From assembly GCF_964355755.1 (NCBI RefSeq), contig NC_092680.1, forward strand, positions 4,898,001 to 4,962,000: DNA of 64,000 nt, in the 5' to 3' direction. The stretch's first letter is position 1, and each line of letters starts with the position of its first letter. This DNA comes from Antedon mediterranea. Lineage: Eukaryota > Animalia > Echinodermata. The translations under genes and the position numbers were made by a program. The notes beneath the pieces are model-generated. The model was given only the letters and a program-made list of their open reading frames with translations, was not told the DNA's origin and did not search any database. Shown here piece after piece: positions 35,501-48,035 of the stretch.

Positions 35501-38500
35501 GATGCTAAGCCTGATGTCTGAATGCTATAAACTAGTCCAAAGCAACACATTCTCAACTAAACGGTATGTTTTTTAAGATGAATGAAATTTTTTAATAATA
35601 ATGAGTTGGTCAGTGTTTTAATATAGAAAATGTATGTATTGTCAAGAAATATGGAAATAGCATTGTTTATTCTCACTCCTGTGGACGATCAAAGCATATT
35701 GATCGAAACGTCGAGAAACTCAACAGTTGTTTTCAGAATTAATATACGTGGTGTACCGCAAACTTTGTATCAACATTGTTTCTGCCACTGCAATTACACA
35801 AAAATGTATCTTAAACATTTTCAATTATTATCACCCAATTATCTAAGATATAATTAGTATTATAATTATAAAATGTTCGAGTTTTTCCTGAATTTTTTTT
35901 TTTTTAAATTATTAATGATCATGATGTGTGATTCAATATTTGAATCAGAGGCTTGTGCATTCCTATTCAACCAATACCACAATCATCAGAACATTGTACA
36001 TGTTACCATCATTATCATTTAACTGTATTTATCATTTGATAGAGACATTTATTACAGAGATCCTCAATTGTTTGGTAGCCAATCAGTGGTAGATGAGCTA
36101 GCTGACAACATAGCTTGTATGTTGTCTGTTCCTCGACATCATCTACATTTGGTAATTTTCAATTTTTATTCATATGAATAATTTTGTTTAAGGCTCTGTC
36201 TACACTAATTCATAGGCAGATTTTTTAAAATAAAAAAAAACAATTAAAACGATAGGACATTACATTAAGTTTATCTTTTTTTTTTTTTACAACTTTACAA
36301 TTTAATATCAATTTTTTTAATTAATCAATTTATAATTCTTATTTTTAGTTGGCAACGTCCAAAGGATGTCTAGCTGGTGATCTTAGTTTTATTGAAATGG
36401 ATGGTAATTGTGTATATTGCTCAACAACTACAACAGTTAAGTGTGTAAATATTCATTTTAAACGAATATACATATATCAATAGCATATAGAGCATTCAAG
36501 TTGGTTAGAAAATAAAACAGTTTAGTTATTTATTTTTTTTGTCAGGGTATTTTGGTTCCATCACACGTTGAAGGTCTTACAAGTATCCTTTATTGTTTGT
36601 TATCACTGAAAAGTGTCTAGACGTGCAAAACTGGCTGAGAGCACAGAAATCTGGCAAATGTCACCATCCATGATGAAGCTGCCAAAGTAAAATCTTATTA
36701 CTGTATCCAAAACGGGGCTGCCAAACTGGTTGCATAGAGAATCCTCAATCTTTCAATTTTTACAATATGATTGGCTGCCAAACTGGCTTACTGAATGCCC
36801 TAATCTTGAATATATCACCATCACTTATGTGGATGAGAAATGTTTTCTAATATAAATGGTAAGCCAATATTTCTATTTTTGTATCACTAAATGTTGCCAA
36901 GATATTCGTTCTGAAGCAAAATTTGTTTTAATCGTTGAGAAGGATGCAACATTCCAGAAGTTGTTGGATGATGGTTTACTGAAGAGAATTAAGAACTGTA
37001 TCATTATCACAGTAAGAATCTTTAATTGTTGGTGTCTATGTGGTTTCTATATGTTTTTATGCAGGCATGTTTTAATGTTAACATCAGGCCCGCAACAGAG
37101 ATATTTTAAGCATTATATATTGTTTGACACAGAGCTTAAAATCAAGTTGGTAATCTGGATAGTGTATGTGTATTTCACCTGTATTATGTTCTCCACTAAT
37201 AGTATATATACATATTTCCGTCACTTAAAGATGTATTGTCCCCCTGAAAAAATAATAATAATTATTTAACATTTTTTTGTTGAATATGCCATTTTAATTT
37301 CACATAATAATTATCCACATTGACCCAAAATTAGATCCAAAAAAAAAAAATGATATACCTGAAAAACTGGAATTTAAAACAAAAAATAGTCAAATTGGCT
37401 GCCAGCCAATGGAATTTTGGTTGAATTTTACCATTTATTATGTCATTTTATAAGTGAAAACATTATTTTGTTGTGTTTTTTTTTTCTTAGGAAGTGATTA
37501 ACTTTATTAAAACTACAAAATAACATATTCAAAGTCTGATTTAATTAATCTTCATTTTTCATGTTTTTGAGGGACAATACATCTTTAAAATGAATAAATA
37601 CCATTTTGTCACCAGGGTAAAGGTTTTCCCGACATCAACACAAGAATGATGGTGCGTAAATTATGGGATTGCTTTCATATTCCAATCTTTGGTTTAGTTG
37701 ATGCGGATCCACACGGTGTGTACAAAAATGTCTTCAAATTGATATGCCATATTTAATATTCAAATCTAAAGCTCTGTCTACAACTATCAAACTGGTTTGA
37801 CAAAAAAAGTGTGATATGCCCAAATATGACATCATCATGTCCATATATGGCCACATCATATTTTTTTTTGTCACATAAAGTTTGATAGTGTAGACAGAGC
37901 TTTAATCTCAATTTATCCATTACCTAAATTATAATTTACAAACTTTACTGACAACCATTTATCACAATAATGGCAGCAACAAAGAGGATGAAAGCAATAA
38001 AGTCACTGATGACTGCATTGTAAACATCTTTAAATAGGTCTACTTTCTATAAATATAGAATGTTTTGTTTTATAAAATATTAGGCTACAATATAATTGAC
38101 AAAATATATAGGTAATTAATATGTAATTATCACTTGACTTTCAGGTATTGAAATACTTTGTGTTTACAAATTTGGATCAAAGGTAGGCTACTATTGGTGC
38201 CCTTGTAACTTGTATACACTATTACACTATACACTACTTCATAGTATTGATCTCTTTTGCAAAACTGTCTTTTATTTCAGTACAGGCATACTCGTTTGAT
38301 TCTCAAAACCTGACTGTCCCCTATTTAACTTTTATGCTCTGTACACTATCGAATTAGTTTTACAAAAGAAGTGTGAAAAATATGGTAGTGATATGCCCAA
38401 ATATTGTGATATGACATCCATATGGGCACATTACATTTGTTTGTCACATAAAGTTTGATAATGTAGACAGACCTTTACACGTTTTAGTCTTGGTGTCTCT

Positions 38501-39448
38501 TGCAAGACTTTCTTTCATTTCATTATAGTCATACTCATTTGATTCTCACAACCTGACTGTCCCAAGTATACGATGGTTAGGAGTTCTACCTTCAGACATC
38601 AAACACCTTCAAATACGCAAAGAAAGCCTTATACCTCTTACAAAGGCTGATATGGATAAGGCAGGAGAACTTATAAAAAGGCCTTATTACAAACAAATAC
38701 CAACGTGGATGAAAGAGGTAAGATTTATACAATCACATTGTAAACAATAATATTTTAGTAGTTAGTTTGTTTGGAAATAAAATTTCTATGTACATGTTCA
38801 TTTCTACATAGTTATTTGCATAGTTTATTTAAAAATATATTATCCCCCTAAAAATATTTTTTTTTTCTCACATTATTTTTAAAATGCCATTATAATATTT
38901 ATTCACTTTGACAAAAAAGTTGAACGAGAAAAAAAAAATTATTTACCTGGAAAAAATGTAATATAAAGCAAAAAATACTTGTACAATGGTTTTTGTCTTT
39001 TAAATCTTTAAGAATAATTTATTATCAATTTATCCATATTTGGATGTGGCGATGTTTACCTGTAGTGTTATATTATACACTCAATCCTCCCAATACCGGA
39101 CACTTTTGAACTAGCATTTTATGTACGGTTTTCTATAACGTCTGGTATTCAAAATGTGTGTTTCTAATGGTAAAATGATTTTGGGACCTTTTGGACCTCA
39201 TGAAAAGGTCTGAATTTTAGGAGAGTTTCCGGTTTTTAGAGAGGTTGGATATTGGGAGAGTTGATTGTATTTAGTTTAATTCGAAGTATATTAATACTTT
39301 TTCCCTTTTTTTTGGTTTGTTATTTTAGATCCAGATTCTACTTACAAGTGGTTATAAAGCCGAAATACAGACACTCACCGCCATCTCAAACAATTTCCTG
39401 ACCGATGTTTACATTCCAAATAAAATTCAACATGGAGGATGGATATAA
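29573..39448 (+). CDS. SPO11: SPO11 copy 2, 12 exons, open frame, LTR retrotransposon in intron 1
   Basis: Exon 1 29573-29736, exon 2 from 34921. All exons and splice sites readable with no stop or frameshift seen. Asp->Tyr in exon 6. Confidence 0.95.
30044..34764 (+). mobile_element. Full-length Ty3/gypsy (Mag-like) LTR retrotransposon
   Basis: 174 bp TG...CA LTRs at 30044-30217 and 34591-34764, identical by eye. 5 bp TSD GTAGG (30039-43, 34765-69). PBS TGGCGACGAAGAT at 30221 (tRNA-Ser-like). Short purine tract before the 3' LTR. Absent in units 1 and 3. Confidence 0.97.
30272..34222 (+). CDS. Gag-Pol polyprotein, 1316 aa
   Basis: Gag with CX2CX4HX4C knuckle, protease LDTGA, RT (LDLKNAY, ILDD), RNase H TDAS, integrase HHCC plus D,D,E. 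PR-RT-RH-IN order. Confidence 0.97.
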   Translation: MPTIGNIEVYDCDSEDWTAYAERLEAYVDANGIADDKRVATLLTVIGPKTYGLLKDICTPELPKTKTFKELCDLLNTHYSPKPLVIAERFRFYKRNQKPGESIKDFLAELRHLTKHCDFGDKLSESIRDKLVVGLQSTAVQKRLLTESNLTLTKATELALGMESAQKDATEISGKPIASTDYVARKTYKAQHTKPKSICHRRDSNMHRSDKCKFIDTICNFCKGKGHIEKACFKKKRSQAGSKAKPAYKGTNRRKFKQFHNVEGESDDDVELKGLDQITVTIDNIESDTTPIWIQPYINGVKVNMELDTGATYSIMNHNDFRKYFPNTRLDTVLEKFKTYSGEPITCIGACNAHVSYNGQTVDSKLFVVENGGPPLFGRAWLNKIKLPWHEIFNVNTNSQAHTKVTQLIETYAELFSERVGLLKGQKANLHMEENATPKFCKSREVPYALRPAVDKELDRLEKEGIITQIKFSEWATPVVPIVKPDKSIRLCGDYKVTVNPAIKPDKHPMPKIEDIFATLAGGEKFSKLDLKNAYLHLEMSEEAKRILTINTQKGLYQVNRLPYGITPATGIWQRIMEQVLQGIPGVACILDDMIITGQNDDVHLERLKQVLERLKENGLILNKNKCQFLKTKVTFLGHVIDKQGLHKSLDKIDAVVNAPAPTDVSTLRSFIGLINYYHRFLPNLSSILYPLHQLLQKEKKWKWSSECEKAFVKVKNMIAEECVLAHYDPKLPVRLATDASPYGLGAVLSHVVNGEERPIAFASRSLTIAEKNYSQIDKEALGIVYGVKKFTAYLLGKKFTLLTDNQPLTRLFSPTKAIPATAAARLTRQAIFLSGFDYEIVYRPSADNMNADALSRLPLHTRREKSNKPDDIELFYADCFEALPVTFKQIKEHTRRDPILSRVLEYTKNGWPSQRDDELEAFYRRKDELNLIDECLLWGNRIIIPPKLRKEVSDELHQGHLGVVKMKSIARSYCWWPRMDHDIETLAKTCPGCQLNMKEPPKAPLHPWEWPENVYDRIHIDYAGPIDGIMYLVVVDAHSKWPEVLATRDTSSSKTITMLRSLFARYGLCKILVSDNGPQFKSSEFEMFLKSNGITHITSAPYHPATNGLAERIVQTFKNALKTAKLDRGSKQLKLDNFLLHYRNSLHATTGVSPAQLFLNRNLRTRLDLIKPDLKRKVFENQNKQRVNPGKQREFKIGQKVLARDYRNEDKWVTAEIIAVNGPLSYEVKTQQGGLWNRHVEQLRETLLKTTEITPPTLTPQYIPEATPTPTTETPPSIANNQQSEEAVNKEIMNAKTPRRSKRVVKSPKRLIAEI

Positions 39449-40260
39449 CTATTTTTGCTTTTCCTATGAAGACATACAGTTGACCAAAATAATTGCAATC
39501 AAATTTCAAACATTTTTGTTGATTTTGGTTGTTTTACTTTTAATAAATCTTTGTTGTACAATATGCAGTTGAGGTTTAATTAAAAAGAAAGCATTGGAAT
39601 AAAGAAAGTGATAATCACTGTATTTTACCACATATCATGTTTGTTTTCTGTGTATTTTTTACTTTGTAAAATAATATTAATCTGTTCATTTTCTTTTAAA
39701 TGCGATTAATGCGTTCCATAAAAGCAATCGTTTTGAATATGCAGAATGTGATTACCACCTGAGTGAGTTCTTTATTTTATTTTGTTAAAAACTTTCTTCA
39801 TAATTAATTAATAATTACTGTATTAATATTAGTGTCTGGCGTGTTCACAAACAGTAAGAGCGAAACGACCAGGCTTATTAACACCGAACTGTGACAACGA
39901 ATAATACAGCATATAGAAGCTTAAATTGTTTAGGCCTAGAGCCTAGAGGGAGAATGATTATCAAAATGTTGATGCGTTTCAATTCCTTTTAACAGCATAG
40001 GTAAACTATGTTAGAAAATAACTAATGATGTACAAATTAACCTAAATACACGATAATAGGGCCAAAAAGAAAGTAACAAAAAGGGATTTAGAAGATGGAG
40101 CGATTGAATGTAAAATACAAATGATATGGAAGGCCATATGTGCCATTAGCATTTTGAATAACCAAACCAGTTAATTGGGGCGTTATAATTAATACTTCTT
40201 GGTGTCAGTTATTTATTGATCCTTTTTCTACTATTTCTTCTCTACTACTTTCAGTTTAAA

Positions 40261-41537
40261 ATGTATGAAATTATTTGGTTAACATTTGTTGCTGTGTTAT
40301 GGGGTGGAACAAATCCATTTATCAAGAAAGGAGGTGCTGGAATTGAAAAGATATCTGAACGAACCGCTGTACGACAATTCCTTGCCGAATTGAAATTTCT
40401 GTTCCTTAATTGGAAGGTGAGATACATTTGCTATTTTTGTTAATGTTATCGATATTAAATAAACAATATTAGATTTCAGATTTATTTCAACAAGGCATGC
40501 AAACCGTTGAGTAAAATAATATTATTTACTAACAAATTGCTGTAACTGCTAATTAGAAAAAGTTTCACACAATAAACCACAAATATGTCAAACCATTATC
40601 AGCTTTCAAATTTAGGAAATTAAATAAAAAAGGGCTTCTGTCAAACAAATTACAAAATTTGTTTAATTTATTGATATTTTAATTTTAGTTAGTACTGTAA
40701 TTCTGAAGAAAATAATAGGGAGGTTTCGCAACCTTACGAATACGATAACGAAAACGGATACGTCACACATTTGTGAAACTTTTGAGCTGATCCCCATTTC
40801 ATATTCGTAAAGCGTATTCGTGTTGACGAATATCACCAGTCATATTCGTAACTACAAAACGAGTATAGTTTTTGATCTATTTTGCACATTTTGCATTTGA
40901 ATTAGGAATGATTCATGATTATAATATAATTATATATTTATTAAATAGCAGTTTTTAAATTCCTCACTCGATTTGATGTTACGCTAGGCCTAGGCAACCA
41001 AGCACCAAGCTACACGTACCTGCGCTTCGCTCAAATTTACCGGAGTCATATTTTGGACGCGCCTCAATATTTCTTTACCATGCGAAACAGATTTTTTTAT
41101 GGCTTACAAAAACGAATACGTGTGCGTGACGTATCCGTTTTCGTTATCGTATTCGTAAGATTGCGAAACCTCTCTCTATTATCAAAAATAGGATGCAAGT
41201 TTCAAACCATACTTCACCTAATTTGCATAATATGCAAATTAGCTGTTTTGGTTTTTTTTTTATAAGAAATAATATATTATGGCATATTGTTTCATAACGA
41301 ACAGTATAGCCAATTAGAATAGAATAAAAAATGGAAACAAACTCGATCTTGCAATTTATTTGACAGGAAGGTCTAATTCTGCTTGGCTATTTATTTGTTT
41401 ACACATCCAATATTCAAATACTTACACTGTAATCATTCATTGATACTAGATATTTTCTCTTTTTTTTCAGTATTTAGTTCCATTCCTGCTCAATCAATCT
41501 GGATCGATTTTGTACTATCTGACCTTAGCAACGATGG
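40261..41537 (+). pseudogene. TMEM234: TMEM234 5' fragment (coding exons 1-2 only), unit 2
   Basis: Exons 40261-40416 and 41471-41537. Truncated by the junction at 42046. Confidence 0.88.
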
Positions 41538-42383
41538 GTTAGTTTTGTTTTATACAGTAGTACACTTATTAAAGGGACACCTTTGGAACTCAACAAAGTG
41601 ACACCTTTGGAACACAACACAGTGTCACCTTAATAGAAATTTCTCTCAATAAGTGTATATACTTTATTTATTCACCAGACTGTACAGTACAACATGTTTA
41701 ATCAACATTGATTTTTTTACACAAATTTGTGATATTACAAAAAATCCAACACCATATAAATACGAAAAAAGAAAGAAAAAATTGAAAAGAAAAATTTTAG
41801 CAGAAAAATTATCGTCTGAAGAGATTGACCATAAAATACAACATGTATTGTATTTCCCCTTGTTTGTTTCATGGTAAAGTTTGTAGATATAAAATTTGCG
41901 GTACACCACATTATATTTGTTCTGAAAATAACTGTTGAGTTTCGCGACGTTTTAATCAATATGCATTGATTGTCCTCAGAAGTGAGAATGTCGAGTAACT
42001 CAACAGTTCTTTTTTTCAGTTGTGTACTGCAAACTTTATATCAACAGACCAATCAGAACACTACTTCCGTTTACCGGAAATTTAAGGTGTTGTAGAACAT
42101 TTTGGGAAAAAACTACGAATCATACAGTAGGTCTAGTAAATTGTAAAAAAGTAGTGACAATTACAATAAAAAAAAAAAACTTTTTAGTGTGAATCATGGC
42201 GATATTTCCCCATGGTTCAACAAACGAGCTAAAATGAAAAATATCAAATGAAAATATGTTAATTTATTAACTAGCTATATATATAAATGAGTAATGAGCA
42301 TGTGCAAGTTTTTATCAAACTACCTAACCTATCTGAATTTGCGAATTTCGGAGCTTCAGGGAGGACATTCCAATTTAATTCAA

Positions 42384-44753
42384 TCACATTTTCTTAGCAT
42401 GAAGGAAGTAACATTCACAATCAGAATACATAATGCCATCACTATTTACTGGTAGTTCTCGTTTACACCAATCCATCGCATCTTTAACAAATTCATCTTG
42501 AAGATCATCGGGTATTCGAGTTAATTGTCCAGACATAGTGCGAACATAACCTTAAAAAGAATTTTGTTCAGTGCTTCTGCTAAATCAACAGTATATGATA
42601 AAATTTTGCTGTGATGTCGGCGGAAAAATCGTCATTGACGCTATAAGGACTACGAATCGTAGGTCCAGTTTACACAAACTATTCGTGCACACTTTAAAGA
42701 ACAGTGAGCCTACATCTTTCTAGATGAGGGTTACCCTAGTTCACACATCCACTGTCCGTGGATAGGGCAGAGAGTGTTAGAATGGGCAGCACTGACATGA
42801 CGTGACTCTTGGGGAAAAAGCATGAGATGAACATAATGTAACATCTAATTCCACAGTGCCATGGGGAATGATCCTTGGAATGGCGCTATAGAAATGGAAA
42901 TTATTGATTAATTGCCGAGATAATCTCTTACTTACCATCAAGTTCATAATCATTTTCTATGATAAACATGGAGGGATCTATGACTTCTTTGCTGACCAAT
43001 AAGAATCCTTCAGTTTCTAAAAGACTACACCAACCATCCGAGTTTAAGTCATTTTTTATACCGCCTTCGTAATCCTGAACAAACAGAAATTGTACTGATT
43101 AAACATTTGAGTGTGTTATGCGTAAACAGTGCTTTAATAAATAAATAATAAATAAACTCTTCCCTGGACTAACGCACCTTAAGACAGCAATCTAACCATT
43201 GCAAGATCCACGTCAATTATCTGCTGAGCCCACGCAACATTTATAACTGTAGTAGCTGACGTTACCTATCAATTATTATATTTTTCAGACATATATCTGT
43301 AGTATATTTCGCGTTGAACGTTTTAATAATAAAATGTGACGCCTATAATAACACTATAAGAAATATGATAAAATGTAAACTGACCTTAAGAAAACGATTC
43401 CACTTTGAGTGGTTCTTAAGATAAGACGGAAGCTCATTTTCTCCAGTTCCACCAAATAGGAAGATTGGACCAACAACTAAAATAAATAATTCTCCGCCTT
43501 GTTTCATACATTGTTGTATATTTTGGATAGTCTTTTTCTTATCTTTCACCCAGTGCAAGACGTACATTGATGTGACTTTATTAAACTGATTTTGTTTCCA
43601 TTTTGAGAGATTCGTTCCAAAATCCTGAGCGTCACAGACAGCATACTTCACATTGCTTAATTGGTGATGTTGTTTTGCATAATCAATCATATCGTCGGAG
43701 TAATCGATGCCTTAATTAATTAATATATTAAATGAAATAATTAAACTATAAATAAAGGTTGATGGGTGGCACAAATTCAGGTGGCAAGGGTCGAGTGGCA
43801 AAAGCCAGGATGAAACGGGCCTAGGCCTAGAGTGACCCGTCTAATACAGGTGTCTGATCATTTCGGCCGCCAGTTATTTCGGTCGCCGGTTATGGAATTG
43901 CCAAATTCATGAAACGCCAAAAAGGACAAAATATGTATTGTTCATTTCGGCCGCCAGAATTGTAATTATTCTTGAATATGTATGACACACCATGTGTTTT
44001 AAAATGATTAAGCCGAATCAGCGGTCTTTAATTCCAGAAACAGCAGCGATATTTATGGCGTGCACAAAATTGCCATCACTACAGTGAATTATTAATAATA
44101 TTGTTTTAATAATGAGGTGATGCTGAATTTTTTTTTATGTGCCAGTCAAAAACACTTTTATTCGTATGTTTTGCATTTATTAGGTCTATATTCATAAAGA
44201 AACACATTTTTACAAAGCACACGCATCTTTGAGACCTGTAAAATAAATAAAAAAAATAAACATTTAATACCGTAATATAACTTTAAATTTACAGCAAAAA
44301 CAAAATGTATTTAGCCCAATTGCACAACTGATCTCTGGTTGAAATGACCATGGTTCTCTGTGGCGTTCCATAGACTTGGTATTTTAAAGTTATTTTTTTC
44401 ACTGTAATAATAGTACTGTATGTACAGTTTTTTCTGGCTATTTCAATTTGGCGAACCATACCTGGCGGCCGAAATGATCATGCCATATTTTGTCCTTTTT
44501 GGAGTTTCATGAATTTGGTCGTTCCATAATCGGCGGCCGAAATGATTGGCGGCCGCAATGCACTGTGACCCTAATACATACCAACTACTGACGACACGTT
44601 ACGAGCTATATCCGAAGTAAAGTTTCCTGAACCGCAACCAACATCTAAAACTCTGTCATCTTTTGAGAAATCAAATTTGGAAGTGTACTTATTGATACCG
44701 ATTGCTTGCACCCGGCGGCATTTTGAGTACATGGCAGACAATTTACTATTCAT
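42384..44753 (-). CDS. JHAMT-like methyltransferase paralog A copy 3, 4 exons
   Basis: Exons 44753-44582, 43710-43385, 43074-42936, 42550-42384. Open frame. Confidence 0.88.
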
Positions 44754-44938
44754 GGTGCAAACTTTAAATGTAAACACTCGTCGTACTCTGGTTGCAAACT
44801 GTTTTATTAAATATAACAAAAGAGTGATACATATTCTTTGATATAACCAAAGAATATATTCTTTGATATAACCAAAGATACTATAGCGCCGCCACGTGGC
44901 GCTATGGATTAGATCAACTTCGGCCACAGACAATTTCC

Positions 44939-46527
44939 GGTCAGTTTAATTACCGCAAACAACGGAAAATAACCGAAAACAACCATAAACGGTCAGTATA
45001 ATTACCGAAAATAACCGAAAACCACCAAAAACAACCGAAAACAAACCGAAAACAAATAATATAATCTAAATACCGAAAATAAATTTGTATACATTTTTTT
45101 TAATGTCGCCCTCTACTGATGGGTGTTTCTAGAGCTAAGACCATGACAGAGATAAGACCGCGTGCGCAAATGCCAAGGAAGACCCTACGAAATGGTAGTG
45201 TGCTCAAAATAAAATACAACTAAAAATCGTACAATCAATCAACGATAACATCGCATTTTACTTACAGAAATCTATAAAAATATTTTGATTTTTTTAGTCT
45301 TTTTACATTAATCCATGTCAATAGAAAGTAAATTGACTATGGATTAATCATGATCAATTTAATCATGGTCCTCCATGATTTAATTATAGATTTTCAAAGA
45401 TAATAATACAAAAATGATATTTTAAGAATATTGATAATATTAGAGGGGCTATAAAGTATATTTACAACGGTAAAATAAAACAACTACTAAATGTATACAG
45501 TAAACTATGCAATTTATTCCAAGTAAATCAAGTGAGGATTCTCAATAAATAGATAAAATATACAATATACACTATTTGATAAGACAATGCAATAAACGGT
45601 GTAGCTAAGATGCTAGTTAAGTAGAGTGTGTTAATAATGTGGTCAGCGCATGGTAAATTGGGCTTGGTCCATCTCATCTGACCAATTAGGATTTAAGACA
45701 ATTAAGTAATGTGGTTTTCTGTTAGAGTCATTAACATTCTTAAAATCCATTAGCTAGAAAAGTGAAGGTAACCGGTCAATGTGAGGTTAAATAAAGATAT
45801 ATACAGGATGTATAGACAATCATATTAAAAGTAAATGTTGAAATGCAATTAAAAGCTATGTTTAGGTCTGCTACATATACTTAATAGGTCTGCTACATAT
45901 ACTTAAAACAAAAGCTCACGATAAAGGATTCACAATACTATTCAGTAAAATTAATTAACTTAGGTGAAGAAAACGCAAATTTTATGTAAAATCAGGCTTT
46001 GTTTTAAAAAATCTAAAAACTAAAAACGAAATGTGTTTATAGATTTTGTAAGTAAATGTAGTCTACGGTGTATAGGCCTATCATTGAATTTGTACGATTT
46101 TGAGTCGTATTTTGTGCACACTGCCATTTCGTAGGGTCTTCCTTGGCAGTGCGCACGCGGTTTCTCTCTGCATGGTCTTAGCTTTAGAAACACCCATTAG
46201 TAAAGGGCGACATTAAAAAAAAAATTTACAAATTAGTTTTCGGTATTTAGATTTTTTTACTTTGTTTTCGGTTTATTATTGGCTTGTTTTCGGTTGTTTA
46301 CGGTTGTTTACGGTTGTTTTCGGTTGTTTACGGTTGTTTTTGGTTGTTTACGGTTGTTTTCGGTTGTTCTCGGTTGTTTACGGTTGTTTTCGGTTGTTTT
46401 CGGTTGTTTTCGGTTGTTTACGGTTGTTTTCGGTTGTTTACGGTTGTTTTCGGTTGTTTTCGGTTGTTTACGGTTGTTTTCGGTTGTTTGTGGTTGTTTT
46501 CCCTTGTTTTCGGTAATTAGACTGACC
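44939..46527. mobile_element. Foldback-type TIR element with 10 bp subterminal arrays; only the left ~210 bp remains in units 1 (2718-2925) and 2 (~23169-23376)
   Basis: ggtcagtttaattaccg ... cggtaattagactgacc ends. Long imperfect TIRs with (aaccgaaaac)n / (cggttgtttw)n. Flanking direct repeat ACAATTTC. Confidence 0.78.
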
Positions 46528-47822
46528 CACAATTTCGGCCACACTCCCACAGACAATAATACTACAATATCTATGGAACGCTCATAGTCCGTTGATAGGG
46601 GAACAATGAGACACGACAGTATAATATAGGATTATCGATTTCATTGTGTTTTACTTTGTTTTTTGTTTTTACACAGGAAAACACAGACACGGACAAACAA
46701 CAAACTTAGCACTTAATTAATTAATCAATCAATAATGAAAAAACAAAAAACGGGCCGTAAAAATAAAATACGAACACGTATTTTGTAGGTTTGGCCTGAT
46801 AAAATAAGAAACAAAGAATTACGTAAATGATACCGATATTTCGGAGTACAAAAAATACAATACGGTAAAAATTAAAATGTATTTTTGTTGCAAATAAAAT
46901 TAATTAATTGCATTAGGCCTAAATGGTACTAATTGTATGTGTCGGGGTACAATAGAAATGATTTTATAATATAAGAAACAAAGATTTACTAAAGTGATAA
47001 TTAAATGTTTCGGTAATAATTAAATTAACGTCATGAACATTTTTCTATAAATATAAAACGAATTCAAGTACGTAGGGATATGTACTAGGAATAATTATAT
47101 GTGACAATTTATTATGGCAACCCCCATATTGATTCTTTGATAGCTAAATCAAACTCACGGTTATTATTTTCTTAAACAATTGCGCCGGTCTGGTCTAGAC
47201 GCACAAGCCATATGCTATTTCTATTGTTGTGTTATCATACCTGTACTAGAATACGCCGTCCCCGTTTGGGGAACGTGCTTAACTAAATTGCAGTCTGACC
47301 AACTGGAAAGTATCCAATGAAGGGCGCTTAGAATCACGTTCCCAGAGCTCAGTTACGACAAAGCAATGGATCAATGTAATGTGCCTGTGCTATGTGAACG
47401 TCGAACTAGACTGTGCAAGGATTACTATCAGAAACTTAAAAACCCTTCCTATAGACTACATCACCTTCTGCCTAAATCGCCTAAATCTAGATACAATTTA
47501 AGACAAGTTAAAGAATTTTGCATTCCAAACTTAAAAACGGAACGATCAAAAAATTTCATTGTAAACTTTGGTCTCTTTCAAAAGTGGTAGGCATATCCCT
47601 GACTTCTGTTTTGTCTGTTCTTTGATGTTTTGTGTAATTTGATTTTAATTGTTGATGGATAGGATATATTTTCATTTAAGTATAAGTATATTTTTGTATA
47701 ATTCAACCCAAAAGTTGCAATAAAAGTATTTTATCAGGTTATCAGGTACTAATTTTAATATGTCTAGGTACATATAAATATAATTTTGTAGGAATAAGAA
47801 ATGGAAGAATAAAGTGGTTTAA

Positions 47823-48035
47823 AGCAGAAATGATTGATTACGTGAACAAAAGAATGCGAAATACAATAGAGAAATACAGTGTCCAACAACTCGTGTGTGT
47901 AACTAACCAAGCGAAGCACCCGAGATGACGTCACGGAAATATTTCTGCATACGAACCGGAAGTAATTGGATGAGCCGTTTTTATTAGTGTATTACTTTAT
48001 ATGGATTTTATTAATGTTTTAGTGACATTTCTGCT
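47823..48035. mobile_element. 213 bp TTAA-flanked MITE (Kolobok-like), unit 3 only
   Basis: ttaa|agcagaaatg ... catttctgct|ttaa. A single TTAA at the orthologous sites 4134 and 24581. Confidence 0.82.

Larger units (their letters stand above)
19420..42046. repeat. Tandem segmental duplication unit 2 (22.6 kb including 4.7 kb LTR element)
   Basis: Bounded by two identical junctions tatcaaca|gaccaatcagaacac at 19419/19420 and 42046/42047. Confidence 0.95.

Noticed and set aside
46262-46587. Repetitive ORFs on both strands
   Set aside because: Translations of the 10 bp cggttgtttw array in the foldback arm.
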